NCBI RefSeq assembly: GCF_026571515.1 | Contig: NW_026867139.1 | Span: forward strand, 62,001 to 126,000 | DNA length: 64,000 nt | Direction: 5' to 3' | From: Ruditapes philippinarum | Taxonomy: Eukaryota | The notes under the pieces: model-generated | Database searches by the model: none | What the model was told of the DNA's origin: nothing | What the model saw: only the letters and a program-made list of their open reading frames with translations | Position numbers and translations under genes: made by a program | In this document: positions 26,001 to 39,950 of the stretch, in pieces | Position numbering within the stretch: the stretch's first letter is position 1 | Layout of the letters: each line of letters starts with the position of its first letter

Positions 26001-29000
26001 TACTGTATTTTCAGAGGCAATATAAACAACTGTTTAGAACAAATGAATCATGCTAGTGAAATGTCTTTTGGGCTAGTGAATATTCCAATCTGGTAGTCCG
26101 ACCAGCCTTGTCAAGTAAAATCCTAATTTCCTACACTGAGATGCACAAGTCTAAACCACTTAATTAAGCCAGTGATAGAAAATCATTTCCATTATACAAT
26201 TTTAAGGAATATTAAGTACCAAGGTCCTAAGGGCACCATCCTTAGTTAACTTGGAACTATGAATGTTATCTCGGGTAGCTGAGGGAATGCCTTTTATGGT
26301 TAAGGCATGAGAATTGCAGCCACTGTTTATCTCTTTGTGATCTTAAGAGGCGACTAAATTGGGTCGAACAACTGGAGTCTATGCATCTCTTAGCTCCAGT
26401 AAGTGATGTGGTTTTCGCCCCTGGTGTTGCTTAAAAGTTTGTAACACTCAAAGTTAGCCAAAATCATCTTACCTGTTTCGCTATATGGTCTTTACCATAA
26501 AACAGTCTTTTGTTTTGATTGACCCTGTAAGCAGCAGTCACTTTGTCATTAGCAAGCAGCAATGTCGTTCCAATTTTAAAATGAAATTCAAGAAACATAT
26601 AAGTTAGTGAAGAATTTTAAAATCAATATATCTTTGTCATTTCAGTCTCTTCTTAAACTTAAAGAAGAATCTACAGATGAAGGTTCTTATATCACATACA
26701 TCAAATATAAGGTGGCTCATTCCGAGTTTCTTCATGGATTCATTGCCTCTTTATCTATGATCATTGTATCAGAACTCGGAGATAAAACATTCTTTATTGC
26801 TGCTATTATGGCAATGAGGCATTCAAGAGCAGTTGTGCTGGCAGGAGCCTTAGGAGCACTGGTTGCTATGACAATTCTGTCAGGTAAGATTAACATTTGT
26901 TGTTTTTTTTCTGTTCAATTTCTGATTCAGACTGATTGAGCCGTTGGCTGTTAGTTAATTTGCTAAAAGCACTATTAATGTCAGTTATTTTTTTTCAAAT
27001 ACAGTTGAGGAAATACAGAATAATTCCACTATCACAAAATAGATAAATTTATTTAGAAAAATGCTCAAGTTCGTCCTAAATTGCCACTATGCACATAAGT
27101 CACCAGACCCATGACTTATAAAGCAGGTGACTTAGATCAGCTTTATATTGATAAATTTAATGGACTAAAAGACAGAAAGCTGTCACTATTATTATCACTA
27201 TAGATAGGCTTTAGCTTCTGCTATATACCTTGCATATTCAATTGTAAATCTGATTCTATATGTGGCCAATTGCATTCTCAAATGTTAGTGTTGGATTTCA
27301 GATCTTCCAATTTTTAGCTCACCTGTGAGGCTGTCACAAAGTGACAGGGTGAGCATTTGTGATCGCTTTTCGTCCGTCTGTCCGTCCGTAAACTTTTACT
27401 TTTAAATGACATCTTATAAACCAATAAGGCAATTTCATCCAAACTTCACAGGAATGTTCCTTTGGTGGTCACCTTTAGAAATTGTTCAAAGAATTGAATT
27501 CCATGCAGAACTGTGGTTGCCATGGCAACCGAAAGAAAAAACTTTAAATATCTTCTTTTAAAAAACCCAAAGAGCTAGAGCTTAGATATTTGGCATGAAA
27601 CATCTTCTAGTGAGTGTCTACCAAGTTTGTTCAAATAAAAGCCCTGGGGTCAAAATTGGCCCCGTCCCAGGGGGTCATTGATTTTCCGTATATGCATAAA
27701 GTGAAAACTTAAAAAATCTTCTTTGAAAAAACCCAAATAGCTAGAGTTTAGATATTAAGCATGAAACATCTTCTAGTGAGTGTCTACAAAGTTTGATCAA
27801 ATAAAAGCCCTGGGGTCAAAATTGGCCCTGCCCCAGGGGGTCATTGATTTTCCTAACATGTATATGCATATAGCAAAAACTTAAAAAAATCTCCTTTGAA
27901 AAACCCCAAATAGCTTCAGTTTAGAAATTAAGCATGAAACATCTTCTAGTAAGTGTCCACAAAGTTTGTTCAAATAAAAGCCCTGGGGTCAAAACTGGCC
28001 CCGCCCCAGGGGTGTCATTGTTTTTAACTATATGTGTTTAGTAAAAACTTAAAAAATCTTCTTTTTAAAAAAACCAATGAGCTAGAGCTTAGATGTTAAG
28101 CATGAAACATCTTATTGATGTCTACCAAATTTGTTCAAATAAAAGCCCTTTGGTTAAAATTGGCACTGCAGGGGTGGGGGGGGGGAAGAGGTCATTGTTT
28201 TTCATTATATGTGTGTAGTAAAAACTTAACATCATGAAACATCTTCTAATGGGTGTCTTCCAAGTTTGTTCAAATAAAAGCCCTGGGGTTTAAACTGGCC
28301 CCCTCTGGGGGCCTATATACAGGTGAGCGACCTCAGGGCCATCATGGCCCTCTTGTTTTCATATTCATGTCACTACATTTTCCTTTTCAGAGAGTCACAA
28401 GTTGTTTTGAAAATTAAATAGATAAATAAAATATACTATGGTACATTTGTAGAAGTGGTACACACCAATCTTCATTTTGAAACCACTTATTCAGTGTTTT
28501 TCACGAAACATTAGAAATTAGGTAACTAGATTGGCTTGTTAAGGGATTACTAAGCCTGTTATAATAGACATTTATTATATAAATTTGTTTGAATTTCAGC
28601 CTTGCTTGGTTATGCCACAACTATTATCCCAAGACAAGTAACTTATTATGCATCTTCTATACTGTTTCTGGTGTTTGGAGTCAAGATGATCAAAGATGGT
28701 TTGTAACTTTATTTTTTTGGTTTATTTAGAATTTATGTCAGTTCAATTGTGTAGGAAGTTGTAAGCTAGTAGATACACTTTCGAATTCATTCCTTGAACA
28801 AACCAGTACTGAGCAATGAGTGTAAAGTTTCTTGCTCAAGGAAACAACGACTTGCCCCTTACAGGGTTTGAACCCATGCGGCTAGCGATCATTAGATTAC
28901 TATTCTGACATGTTAACCACTAGGTCATGCCGCCACTTAAGTTTTTTATGGTACTGTATGCTGTCTAACAACTAGGCGTAGGTCTTATAAAGAAAAATCA

Positions 29001-32000
29001 TATTGCGATATTTATGTATTATGAACTATATAAAATGCTTGATACCTACAGAACCTTGTCTTAAAGAGTTTATTATTAAGCATTACACGTATGTCCCAAT
29101 AATTGGTATGTCAGGGCCCTTTAATAAAAGATTTCACAATGTGTTAAAAAGGCATGGTAAAAATACTAAACCACTAAATGTAAGTGCTATTTGAAGCCAA
29201 CCTAATAAAAGATGACTACACTTCTATATTTAATAGAATTTTATGTTTGTATTAATAACAATTTATAGCTTCAATATATTGCATACTGTAATACAATATT
29301 GCAAAATGAAATATTGTGATATCCAATATATTGCACAACCCTAATAGCAACATCAGTGTTATGAATATGATTCATGCCAACAGTATAATTTGTTATTAAT
29401 GATGTTTTCAAATCCCACATACCATATTTTAGGAGCATTCAAATAAGTTTTAACTTTAATTCTTCTTATTATGTATCTTGATGCATACAATTTCACTCAA
29501 TAACTTGAAAAAATTCTATAAACATGGGGAAGGTTATAAATGAAATCTGGCATGATGCTGACAAATAAATTCAGTTGATTCTGAATCATAAATGCATTTA
29601 GTGTTTGAAGTTATTTTTTGTGCAATAGGATGGTAGTATTTCAAATGAATCGTAACACATTTCTTTTGGTAAATCGGCAAACTGTTAATCAATCTCATAA
29701 ATTGACAGTTTACCAAAATATTTTCAAACACTAAGCCGGTTAAAATTTTTGAGTACATATTTATCAAAATCAAATTGGTCGCATGGCTGTGCGGCGCCTG
29801 ACCAATTTAATTTTGTAAATACGTACACATAAACTTTAACTTATATGTACTGGTCGGGGACCATCAACCGGACACTTTTTGAACACTTTTCCGTACAGAT
29901 TTCAAAATTTTTAATCTAGAGACCTAAAAATTTGACATAGTTCAGTTAGGTTCTTCACCTAACTAAAAAACTAGTTTGTTTATTTCTAATCGTATTGACA
30001 CTTACATCTGAGGCTCGACAAGGAGGGTATCAAAATTACCTAAATTGTCTACGCTACAGTACCATGTGTCCGGACAGATATGTACATGACGTGATTTAAT
30101 TCAGATAAAAGCTTGGGTGTTTTGATTTTTGATTTCTAACATGATAAACAATATTTCAGCAACAAATGCTGACGTTTTGGATATTCTATTGTTTACTCTT
30201 CAAATGATTATAGCTGATATATGAGGTCAGGCATTGCTTTCTTGACCCCCAAATTGAACGTCAACATTTTTGAAATAGACATTAAAATATTACCATTTAC
30301 GGAGGTGGAAAATAAAATTATTTACTTAATTTAGGAGAAACATGCATTTATTGTTGATAAAAAAGTGACTGACAACAAATGAACAAAGAAAATACTATAT
30401 TGAGCATTTTCCGGGCCGTCCGGGTTTGGTGGTTGTCCGGTTTTGGTGGTCCCCAACCAGTAGTATTACATTATTTAAAGAGTTGTATCTTTTTTAGGAT
30501 ATTTTAAATACATTTAACATTTTATCATAGTTGTCAAACAGTGTTTAACACTATATAACATATGATTATAGGATGGTACATGTCTCCGGATGAGGCCCAG
30601 GAGGAATATGAAGAGGCCCAGGCAGAAATTAAAAAGAAAGAAGATGAGGTATAAAAATGTTTATGTTTCTAATAACAAACCTGAGTATATGCTTAACAGG
30701 GGTTAAAACACTGTTTTTGGAAAGCAGTTTTCTTACAGAACTACACAAGATTGAAGAACATAACAGATTATTAAAGTGTGGTCCTAACATGGCTCAATTT
30801 TCTGTGTAAAAATTTACAACTTTTTTTAATTTCATTTTAAAATTAAATATTTTATTGAATACATGTACATTTAAACCTTGTTTACTCGAACATGGATCGC
30901 TCAATCTCACCATCTGGTCTAGGCAAAATTCCTTGATATTATAATTATATTGTTCTACCACATAAACCTTAAACAAACAGACTTACAAATAATTATGTAG
31001 ATGAATTTTTCGTTTGACTGATATAAAATGGATTACCTCCATGCCACTGTCCTTGATAATCAGATAAAATACAATATTATTTAGACATGATAATACTTCA
31101 ACCTCAGTTAACTCTATCTAACTACCTATCTCTCAAACACATGTTCACATGCCCTCTGAGTACGAGGAAACAAAGTTTGACTGTACTTAGAATGCTTGTT
31201 GGAAATTTCATTTTAATATTAATTTGTGTCTCATTATCGTAATATCACTATAAGCATTATAATTTACTAATTCTTTTTTCACATTATGATTTACCATTGA
31301 CCAAACCTTTATATATTTACCATCAAAAGGACGTTAGTTGTTTGTAAAGTACTTCATACCACTGACAACCAAACTACCTAATTTCACTATTGCACTAATT
31401 TTTGGTAACTGCAACATTTCTATGGTGATATCCATACATATTTACCTCCCTTGCAAATCATTAAGATCATGAGTGAAAACTGAAAAGAATAAATATAACA
31501 AGGGAGATTAATTACATAAACTAGTTGTTCGTACAAAACCTAATTTAAAAGCACATTATGCCTCAAAAATCCATATTTATTAAATTCTTTAGAAATGTGA
31601 AACATGTGTTTAATAATGTTCTAAAAATAGATTTAGAGTATGTTACTTAGATATTTAACATCTGAAGGCTATGAAAGGTAGCGCTGAGTGGGCAGTAATG
31701 TGTTGTAAATGTAGCAAAATGCAAACAAAGTAGTATTTTTGGCTTCCATACTAATTACTAATTCACTGTATTGATTAAAATTATACCAATTGCCAACTAA
31801 GCAAAAGAAGCAAAGATAGCTATGACATCTCTAACGGCAAATGAGTATTTTTGGAGACTTACAAAATACCAAAAATTTAATGTTTTTGTGAAATAAAAAG
31901 ATGGCATTTCTGAGGCATAATGGGCCTTTGAATAATTGTATTTAGCATCTCTTTTGCTTGAATAGGTCGGTAATTATGAAACCTGAGGAAAAATCTTGTC

Positions 32001-33938
32001 AAATCCATTTCCAAATACTAGAATCAGTCATAGAAGTATACCTGTCAATTGTATTATCATGAACAATTTGAACTTAAAACTTGCTTAAATAAAATGTATT
32101 TCTTTTCTTCCAGCTTTTTTCATCAACTCAAGACATAGAGACAGGAATTATTCGAGGTCCTAAAAGAAATATACTCACAATGTTATTCAGTGCTATATTT
32201 ATAGAAGCCTTTGTTTTAACGTTTCTCGCAGAATGGGGGGATAGATCTCAAATAGCTACAATTATTCTCGCTGCACGTGAGGTAAGTCTTTAGCTCTTAG
32301 CCTGATGAAGGTAACCGATTCTGCCTTCGCAACCAGTGCAAACTAAGATTAGAAACATACTTTTTTGAAAATCTATATTAGTGTCTTCTTCCTAAATCCA
32401 TTTGTATAAGTAGTTTGGTCAAGATTGTATATCTGAATTGAATTTAGGAAAGTTTAGAATTAATATTAACTACACATCAATATAATTTGTATTTGTTGTT
32501 TGATCATTTTATACTGCAAAAAATATAAACTGCCCTCAAAGTAAGAGGGACAAGCCTTATATGTGTTATAAAGACCATAAAGATCTCTTCCGTCCTTATC
32601 AAGGGGAGTGCTAACCTTCTCTCCTTTCTTATAACACAATAAATTTGTGTACTTTCTGTCTTTATATATCAGCAAATTTGTAATATAGCTTTAGGACTAT
32701 TTCAAAATTTGCATATTGATAAAGATCATACACTAAAATTCAAGGAAACAGTTTTGATAAAAAGAACTTTGCTTGAGGGTATATTTGGTTACTTTGCATA
32801 TTAATATTGATAAAAGATTTGATGACATATCAAGATTCATTTGTTTTTTGCAAAATAAACATGTTTTGAATGTTTCATTAACTAAGGGGAGTAACTCATT
32901 CAAAATTTATATCCAGTACATGATCAGTCATTAGTAAGTAACAGGGTTATCACTAACTTATTAAGAAATTTATTAAACAGGACATTCACTCATTAAATAA
33001 GTAAAACAGTAGGGCATAATTAAATTTCAAATTGGTCAGTTATGTATAAATTATAATACAAGTACAATAAATAAGAATTCACCTAAATTTATACAAGGTT
33101 TTCTTTTGTTGTTCAATAAGGGTACTATGCAATATTATATTCATTGTTACAGGATGTAGTTGGTGTAATTATAGGAGGGTGTTTAGGCCACGCCCTCTGT
33201 ACAGGTTTAGCTGTTTTAGGAGGTAGAATTGTAGCGCAGAAAATATCAGCTCGAACAGGTATGTTATATGCATATTTTTTTTGGTCTTTACGAGTATATC
33301 GACTTTAAGTTAAAGTTGTAAATAATTAACTGGTGCAATGTCTTACTTTAACTTAGCCAAACAATATAAATATATTATGTTTAACCAATCTACACACCTA
33401 TTAATTTGTACAACTAGTGAAGATTGTGTAGAAATATTATAAAAATCTTAAACTGGCTAGATTTGAATCATCATAATCACAGGCAAGTGTGTTTTCTTCA
33501 ACAATGTAAAGATTTCACTATCAACTATCAGACTAAAGGAATGTGACTCAGAATGCTTTCAAAATATAAAAGGATATTTTGTCTGTGCTTGCATTTTCAC
33601 CTTTAGCCTGCTAGCGGCAACCACAGGTGTTTGACCCGTTAATTGATTATTTTGCCTGCTTCCCCCCCACCCTACCCAGAAAAAAAGTTGCATACATGTA
33701 TGTTATATATTTATCATTTGGGGGGGGATGACTATTTCTACCCATGCAAAGACAGAATATCGGCTTTTCTCTGTCTGATCAAGTTCAACACTGTTTGCTA
33801 TAAGTCAGTACTTATTTTGAGAATATCTCTATCTAGCTTTTATATGAATTTTAATATTTTATAATTTCAGTGACTATAGCTGGTGGAATAGTATTTATCA
33901 TATTCGCTGTCACTGCCTTCTTGATGGGTCCTGACTAA
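20005..33938 (+). CDS. TMEM165: TMEM165/GDT1 (UPF0016) Golgi Ca2+/Mn2+ antiporter, 290 aa, 7 exons
   Basis: Exons 20005-20121, 26646-26883, 28600-28698, 30572-30648, 32114-32281, 33153-33258, 33871-33938; all GT-AG and phase-consistent, 873 nt. Both family motifs are present (ELGDKT and EWGDRSQ), plus an N-terminal signal and the acidic loop EAQEEYEEAQAEIKKKEDE. Confidence 0.96.
21431..23015 (+). mobile_element. Helentron-associated non-autonomous element (HINE/DINE-like) with ~7 x 161-bp core repeats
   Basis: Structure: T-run, subterminal IR atgcccccgc / gcgggggcat, (ttccgtca/c)n microsatellite, tandem core containing 'ggcagagttatgcccctt', and a 3' end 'ctagtt'. Confidence 0.82.
23227..24422 (+). 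mobile_element. Second HINE-like element with ~6 x 163-bp core repeats
   Basis: Subterminal IR gctcgactattc / gaatagtcgagc, (ggcgtc)n microsatellite, near-identical 163-bp units, and a 3' hairpin gctgtc..gacagc followed by tcttgtt. Confidence 0.85.
25255..25305 (+). mobile_element. Possible Helitron-type 3' end
   Basis: GC hairpin ggcc-cttcg-ggcc nested in gcgagc..gctcgc, directly followed by CTAG|T. The 5' end was not identified. Confidence 0.4.
25595..25865 (-). mobile_element. tRNA-derived V-domain SINE
   Basis: Reverse complement of the copy at 59812-60032, with a (caaa)n-like tail. A degenerate copy lies at ~15588-15790. Confidence 0.8.
25909..26138. mobile_element. 230-bp hAT-like MITE with a 6-bp flanking duplication (AGATGC)
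   Basis: TIRs cagtgttcgaaatta / taatttcctacactg match at 13 of 15 positions; agatgc occurs at 25903-25908 and 26139-26144. Confidence 0.7.
27310..28357 (+). mobile_element. Third HINE/pearl-like element with ~167-bp core repeats
   Basis: tttttagctcacctg ... caggtgagc subterminal IR, (gtcc)n microsatellite, repeats of 'caaataaaagccctggggtcaaaa.tggccc', and a 3' palindrome agggcca-tca-tggccct followed by cttgtt. Confidence 0.85.
28760..28938 (-). mobile_element. tRNA-derived SINE (Meta-type core)
   Basis: Reverse complement of the 44765-44970 copy; contains a B-box-like gggttcaaaccc. Confidence 0.75.
29850..30460. mobile_element. MITE with TA TSD (Tc1/mariner/pogo-like)
   Basis: ta-ctggtcggggaccatcaaccggac ... 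gtccggttttggtggtccccaaccag-ta. Confidence 0.8.
31545..31931. mobile_element. TTAA-type MITE; partial second copy at ~42695-43010
   Basis: ttaaaagcacattatgcctca ... tgaggcataatgggccttt. The interior 'aattctttagaaatgt...aagtagtatttt.g.cttccatac...ggcaaatgagtatttttt' is shared with the 42.7-43.0 kb copy. Confidence 0.7.
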
Positions 33939-34938
33939 AGTGAGCTGAGTTCATGGTCTAGCAGATATATACATGTTAATATCCACATGAGATTGGTACT
34001 GTGATATTGCAGTGTTTCAATATTTTAATATAATATATTTATAATTTAGACCCTGAAGTGTATTTTTAGATCGCTAATCTATTAATAGACTAAATTTCTA
34101 TTTATAGACTGAACATCTATTTATGAAACAATAATTATGATATTTTGGATGGTATTCTGTTATCTTAATATAAAAAGGAAAATATAAGGTATTATATTCC
34201 TGTTGATTAAGATGGATTTTAAGTTATTACATGATACAAAATAGTTAGTGCTTAAATAGTTAAAATTTTAGAGATGTTGCCATAAATATACATATAAATT
34301 TACATAAAAAATTGCATTGACAATTGAATTATTTGTCCAACATCATAAAAAGCCCTTATCAAAGCTCAAGATATATAAAATGTATTATTAAGGTATAATA
34401 AAATATTCTGACAGAACTTCAGAACTAACTGGAATGCACCTCTCTTTTGTAATAATAAGATTTAAAATAAAAAATGTGATAAACATGAGATTTTGACAGT
34501 ACATAAGATTAACACTTTATTTTTATTATCAAAAGACTATCTTCTATTGCCTAAAACTTTTATAATTACAAATACAATTATTAATCTCTACTTGATTGTG
34601 GAATAAATTTCCAAAAGAAATAACTCTTTATGATTTTTTTAAATGGACAGGGTATTGTTTGTATTGTGTTTATTTGAAATCTTTTGATTTTACTTCTTAG
34701 CATTGAAAAAAGATACATGGTGTTATATCTGTCCGAACTGTAATAATTTGTATTGATAATATACATGATATATAACATACCTGTAAGTCAGTTTTGTTTA
34801 TGATTTTTGCTTCATTTGGAATAGATAACTGTTGAACACTTTGTATACTTAGGACTTTCATTGCAGTAACCTTTCCTGTTAATTGTTAAAACAGTCCTGA
34901 AAAATCTGGTGCCTTTATGAATATTTGAAAATTCTTTT

Positions 34939-36143
34939 ATAGTCTACGTAATTCTTGAAATTTGAAATTCAATAGAATGATTAACTGCAAATACAAAAAC
35001 TCAAAAATTTATTGTCTTAAATAGTTTGTTTAAATACATGTATAGAAAGTACATGGATTTTTAATCGAAATTCCTTTCTGAGTGTGGCAATTTTGTGGTT
35101 ATAATGATTTTTATATTATTCAAATATTTACAAAGTTGGTTTAGACAGTAAAAATGATTCTGCTTGTCTGTGTATAGCATTAGATAATTATGATAAAATT
35201 GAAATTATACACTACGTTTCAGTAGTGATTAATTTTTTTTTAAAACATTATCATTGAATATTATTTAAAAAGTCTTTCTTAAATGCTCGCCATTGATCAT
35301 TACATTATGATTTTATATTTCAAACATGGCCAATACTACATTTACATGAATGTAAATCTTTAGTCATTTTGGTGCATTGTTTATTAACCCTCGTCATATG
35401 AAATTTAAATAATTGATTTGCCCTGGTTTGCATTTTAGACTGTCAATTTTTAATGTGAGAAGTTTCTATGTCAAAATGCAGAATAAATTTCCAAAAGTTA
35501 ACTGATTAAATGCATTTGAATCTTTTTAGCATTGAAAAAAAGATACAGTGGTGAAACTGTTAAGTTGCATTTGAATTTGGAATATGTTCTTTTACTAGTC
35601 TACGTAATTCTTGAAATTTGAAATTCAATAGAATGATTAACTGCAAATACAAAAAACTCAAAAATTTATTGTCTTAAATAGTTTGTTTAAATACATGTAT
35701 AGAAAGTACATGGATTTTTAATCGAAATTCCTTTCTGAGTGTGGCAATTTTGTGGTTATAATGATTTTTATATTATTCAAATATTTACAAAGTTGGTTTA
35801 GACAGTAAAAATGATTCTGCTTGTCTGTGTATAGCATTAGATAATTATGATAAAATTGAAAATTATACACTACGTTTCAGTAGTGATTAATTTTTTTTAA
35901 AACATTATCATTTGAATATTATTTAAAAAGTCTTTCTTAAATGCTCGCCATTTGATCATTACATTATGATTTTATATTTCAAACATGGCCAATACTACAT
36001 TTACCATGAATGTAAATCTTTAGTCATTTTGGTGCATTGTTTATTAACCCTCGTCATATGAAATTTAAATAATTGATTTGCCCTGGTTTGCATTTTAGAC
36101 TGTCAATTTTTAATGTGAGAAGTTTCTATGTCAAAATGCAGAA
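34939..36143. repeat. Near-identical direct duplication of ~545 bp downstream of TMEM165
   Basis: The block 'tagtctacgtaattcttgaaa ... tcaaaatgcagaa' occurs at ~34939-35483 and ~35596-36143. Confidence 0.92.
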
Positions 36144-39100
36144 AGTTAACTGATTAAGATGCATTTGAATTTGGAAATGTTCTTTGTTAATTTTAGTGAT
36201 TACAGTATGAAAATGTTCAAATGTGAAGGTCATTAGTTTAGACCTTACTCTGCTGGGACAGAGAGTGATTAGCCTTTGCCACTAGTATAGAAGCGCACAG
36301 CTTGCATTTTTGTGCAGTCTGAGTGGGCTCTATACTGTTAGCTGACAGTCTTCAAATTTTCATTTCGATTTTCCTAAAATTGATAATGAAAAGTTCCAAA
36401 AATAGAAGGTGGACAAGTCCGTGTAAAAAAATTTAGCATAGTAAATGTTTAAAGTTCAGACTTTACGTAGGTCCAAGCTGGCTGTCCTCCGTTCTAATTG
36501 CATACAGAATCATCATTACTAAACATTAGTGTAGTTAAATTTGCAAGTTTAATTAAAAATTTGTCTACAAATGATGCTTAATAAGATTTAAAATGTTATT
36601 AAAGTGAAATTACTAAGTTTTTGGCATTGGCTTAGAATGTTTATGGTTCTACGTAGGGATTAGTGTCAATGTCTATATTCTTTTTTATAAGACATGTAGT
36701 AGGAAAATTTTTCATCCATTATAATCGGGTTTTGTGCACTTTCGTTTATCAGTACATTGGTATATTTTGATTCACTTAAAGCCAATTTAACCTTCTTTTT
36801 CATACATCTTGCATTTTTGTTGTTGCTTATATTTTGGTGTGTACATACATGTATAAAACAAACACTAATTGAGCCTTGGCAAAGAACCAAACTCTTGATC
36901 ATTTCATAGACATTTATTTAGCCATGATAATTTGTGAAACATTCCATGATTGTTGACCATTTGTTTTGAAATTCATTTGTTTTGAATTTACCAGTAATAA
37001 CTGAACCATGTACTTTATATCTGAAGTTAATTGTTAGGCCCTTATTCTCATTGATGTCCACAGTTGGTAAGAAAAAGTGAAGCAGTTAGCTCTATAAAGG
37101 GGGAATAAGGTCTGTGAATAAAGATACACCTTTATAGGTACACCTTTTCCTCTATATTGATAAATCTATCCTCTTGTTTTCTTCGCTGTCTCCCTGATCC
37201 GAGACCCAGACAAGGGTGACTAATATCAGCTTAAAAGTTCAGGCTTATACCTGTCCAATGACACTACTCACAGCATTTGGGGGCTTGGTTCAAGAACACA
37301 CATGCTTACCACATCCAATGCCTTGCTTTTTGGCAGTTATGTTTTGATAATAAAACTACCGGGGCTGTCATTGCATTTAGCTGTTTTAACCTTGCTCCCT
37401 GAGTCACGCATATTTAAAACTCGCAACAGCCGTGTGTGCTCACAAAAAATCTGTTGATAAATGCATGTATTCTTCTTTGTTAATGTATACCCAAATGTAT
37501 AGTTTTTATGAAAGAATATTGGTTCATATAAGCATTACAATTATTGAGTTAAAGTAAAAATGTTTAAACTAATGTATGAAATGGCAAATTGCCATTAAGA
37601 GAGATAATTGGATTTCATAGTAGTACTGATTATATCAATGTCCCTTTACACTCCACATCCATGTTGTTTGTTTGTTGTTTTTTTCATGTATTATCATGCA
37701 CTCGTGCAGATATGAACACTCTAAATTATTTTTATGAATATTTTGAAAATATTATATACAAAATTGCTAGGTCTCTGCTTAATATATAGATGCTCAATAA
37801 ATTTTATTTTCTTAACAGTTTTAGTTTGTTGTATGCGTATAATTAGACATGTAAATTGTTGTAAGTTAATATGCAATTTAAATTGCACATTTAAAATTTA
37901 TCATCGACCTCGCTTTTACATTCTTAATGTATATATCAATACGTTAATTGAATACCTTACACTTTTTTTACCGAGAATAAAATTACACATTTAACATAAA
38001 TGATAGTGGTTTGAACCAGTGCTATGAGTAATATGTTGTCCATGCCTTTACCATTATGACAATTTAGTAAAGTATGTAGTGTATAGTTAAGGACATGTAC
38101 AACTGTGGTTTGTAAGTTAATTACATTATATTGCATGTTTAAATTTTTATCCATGCATATTTTTACACTTTCCTTAATATGTGGTGGATAAATCATACAC
38201 TTTGCTTTAAAGTTTGATTTTGCTTAACACTTAATTACCAAGAATGAAATTACAAATTGTATTACATTTAAATGATAGTGGTTTTGAAGCCATAGCTATG
38301 AAGAATATGTTGTCCATGCCCTGTTACCCATATGATATACCAGTACATATTAGAAAAAAGGAGATTGGTTTTATTTCACTTGTTTTGGACAAATTACCAT
38401 GGTGACATGTACCTTTTTAAAAAAATGTGATTGACATAGGCTCATAGGGCAATAGGTTTCATTAATTACATCATTTTTCTCACTAAAAGCATAAATATAT
38501 CATCAACTTAGTGCAGTTACTTAAGGAGTTAACTTCCTTCACTGCACTAAGGCAACAATATATATATTTTGAATTTTTATTGACATTTCTACTTGAATTT
38601 TGAAGTTTATTTTATTGTCTATAAGCCAGAAATAAATAGCTTAGTGGCTTAAAAGGTCATGGAGGGAAGGCAAGAGGCTGTCTTTTCCTGCAGACTTTAT
38701 GTAAATGAAATGATATAATGCTACTAGCATATTATCATGTTAATCTATTTCTCTAAAGCTTACATTTTTGCTCATAAGATGAACAGTTCATGTCACAAAG
38801 TTTTGGTTTGTTTCATATTGTTACTTACAGATTATTGTTTTGATTATATAATGTATATTTTACTAATTGTGTATGTAGTGATTTAGTTTTTATATATAAT
38901 CAAATTGTTAACATACATTTGCCATATACAATTTGCATGGATAGTATGTTGTGAAGATGATGAAATTTGATAAGAGAATGTATTTCATGATTCATTCTAT
39001 AGAAAGGTAGTCGGGCAGAATGTGGAGATGTGACAGTCAAGTTGTCATGGTGATAGTGTGAAACATATCATAAAAAGCATTGACATATTTCATCAATAAG

Positions 39101-39699
39101 AGCTTCATGAAAAGATAATTATATTCACTCACCTTGACCGTGTACATGTCCCAAACATTTTTTGGTGAAACATATCCTCACCAATTTATCCTTTTGTCTG
39201 TAATTTAATAACCAACATCATAAATAATTGATGTGTGGTTCTTTACCAAAATTTCTTGTTAATTAGGTCAAGGTCACTGGTGCTATAATTAGATTTTCAT
39301 CTACCAGTACTCTTCATGGTATTAACCATGAGATGAAACCACATAAGGGTAGCATCAATGAGGGTATCTCATATCTTACATCTTAAAAAAGGATAAATTT
39401 ATGTTTAAAGTTGTATTGAAAATCTTTAATAACATGGTTAAAAAATTAACTTAACCTTCATAAGGTTAAATCAAACAAAGTTTTATATGATTAGTGTATA
39501 ACCTTGTTGTTTACTTTTTGGCCATGCTTCACTGCAAATGTTCTTTTTTTTCATGACTATAAATATTCCATGTTCATCATTTGTAAATATAATACATGTA
39601 TAATGATTATATATCAATCAGGAATTAGAGTAGTTTATGTTCTTTTCATTTTGTTCTTGTTTTCTGTATAATATGTCATTCCAGCAGTGCTAAAGTTGT

Positions 39700-39950
39700 G
39701 TTAAATTTTGACATTTAAGCTTAAAATGTTGACATTATACTGTAAAATGTTGACATTATTGAATTTTGACATTGAATTTTGAAAAATTTAAGCATTGATA
39801 TAAAAAAATGTTGGTATTGAATTGCGAACTGTTGACATTGAATTGTAAAATGTACACATTGAATTGTGAACTGTTTACATTAAATTGTAAAATGTTGACA
39901 TTGAGTCATAAAATGTTGACATTAAATAATGAAATACTGACATTGCATCT
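39700..39950. repeat. Degenerate 21-bp minisatellite
   Basis: Repeated unit approximately 'tgttgacattgaattgtaaaa'. Confidence 0.8.
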
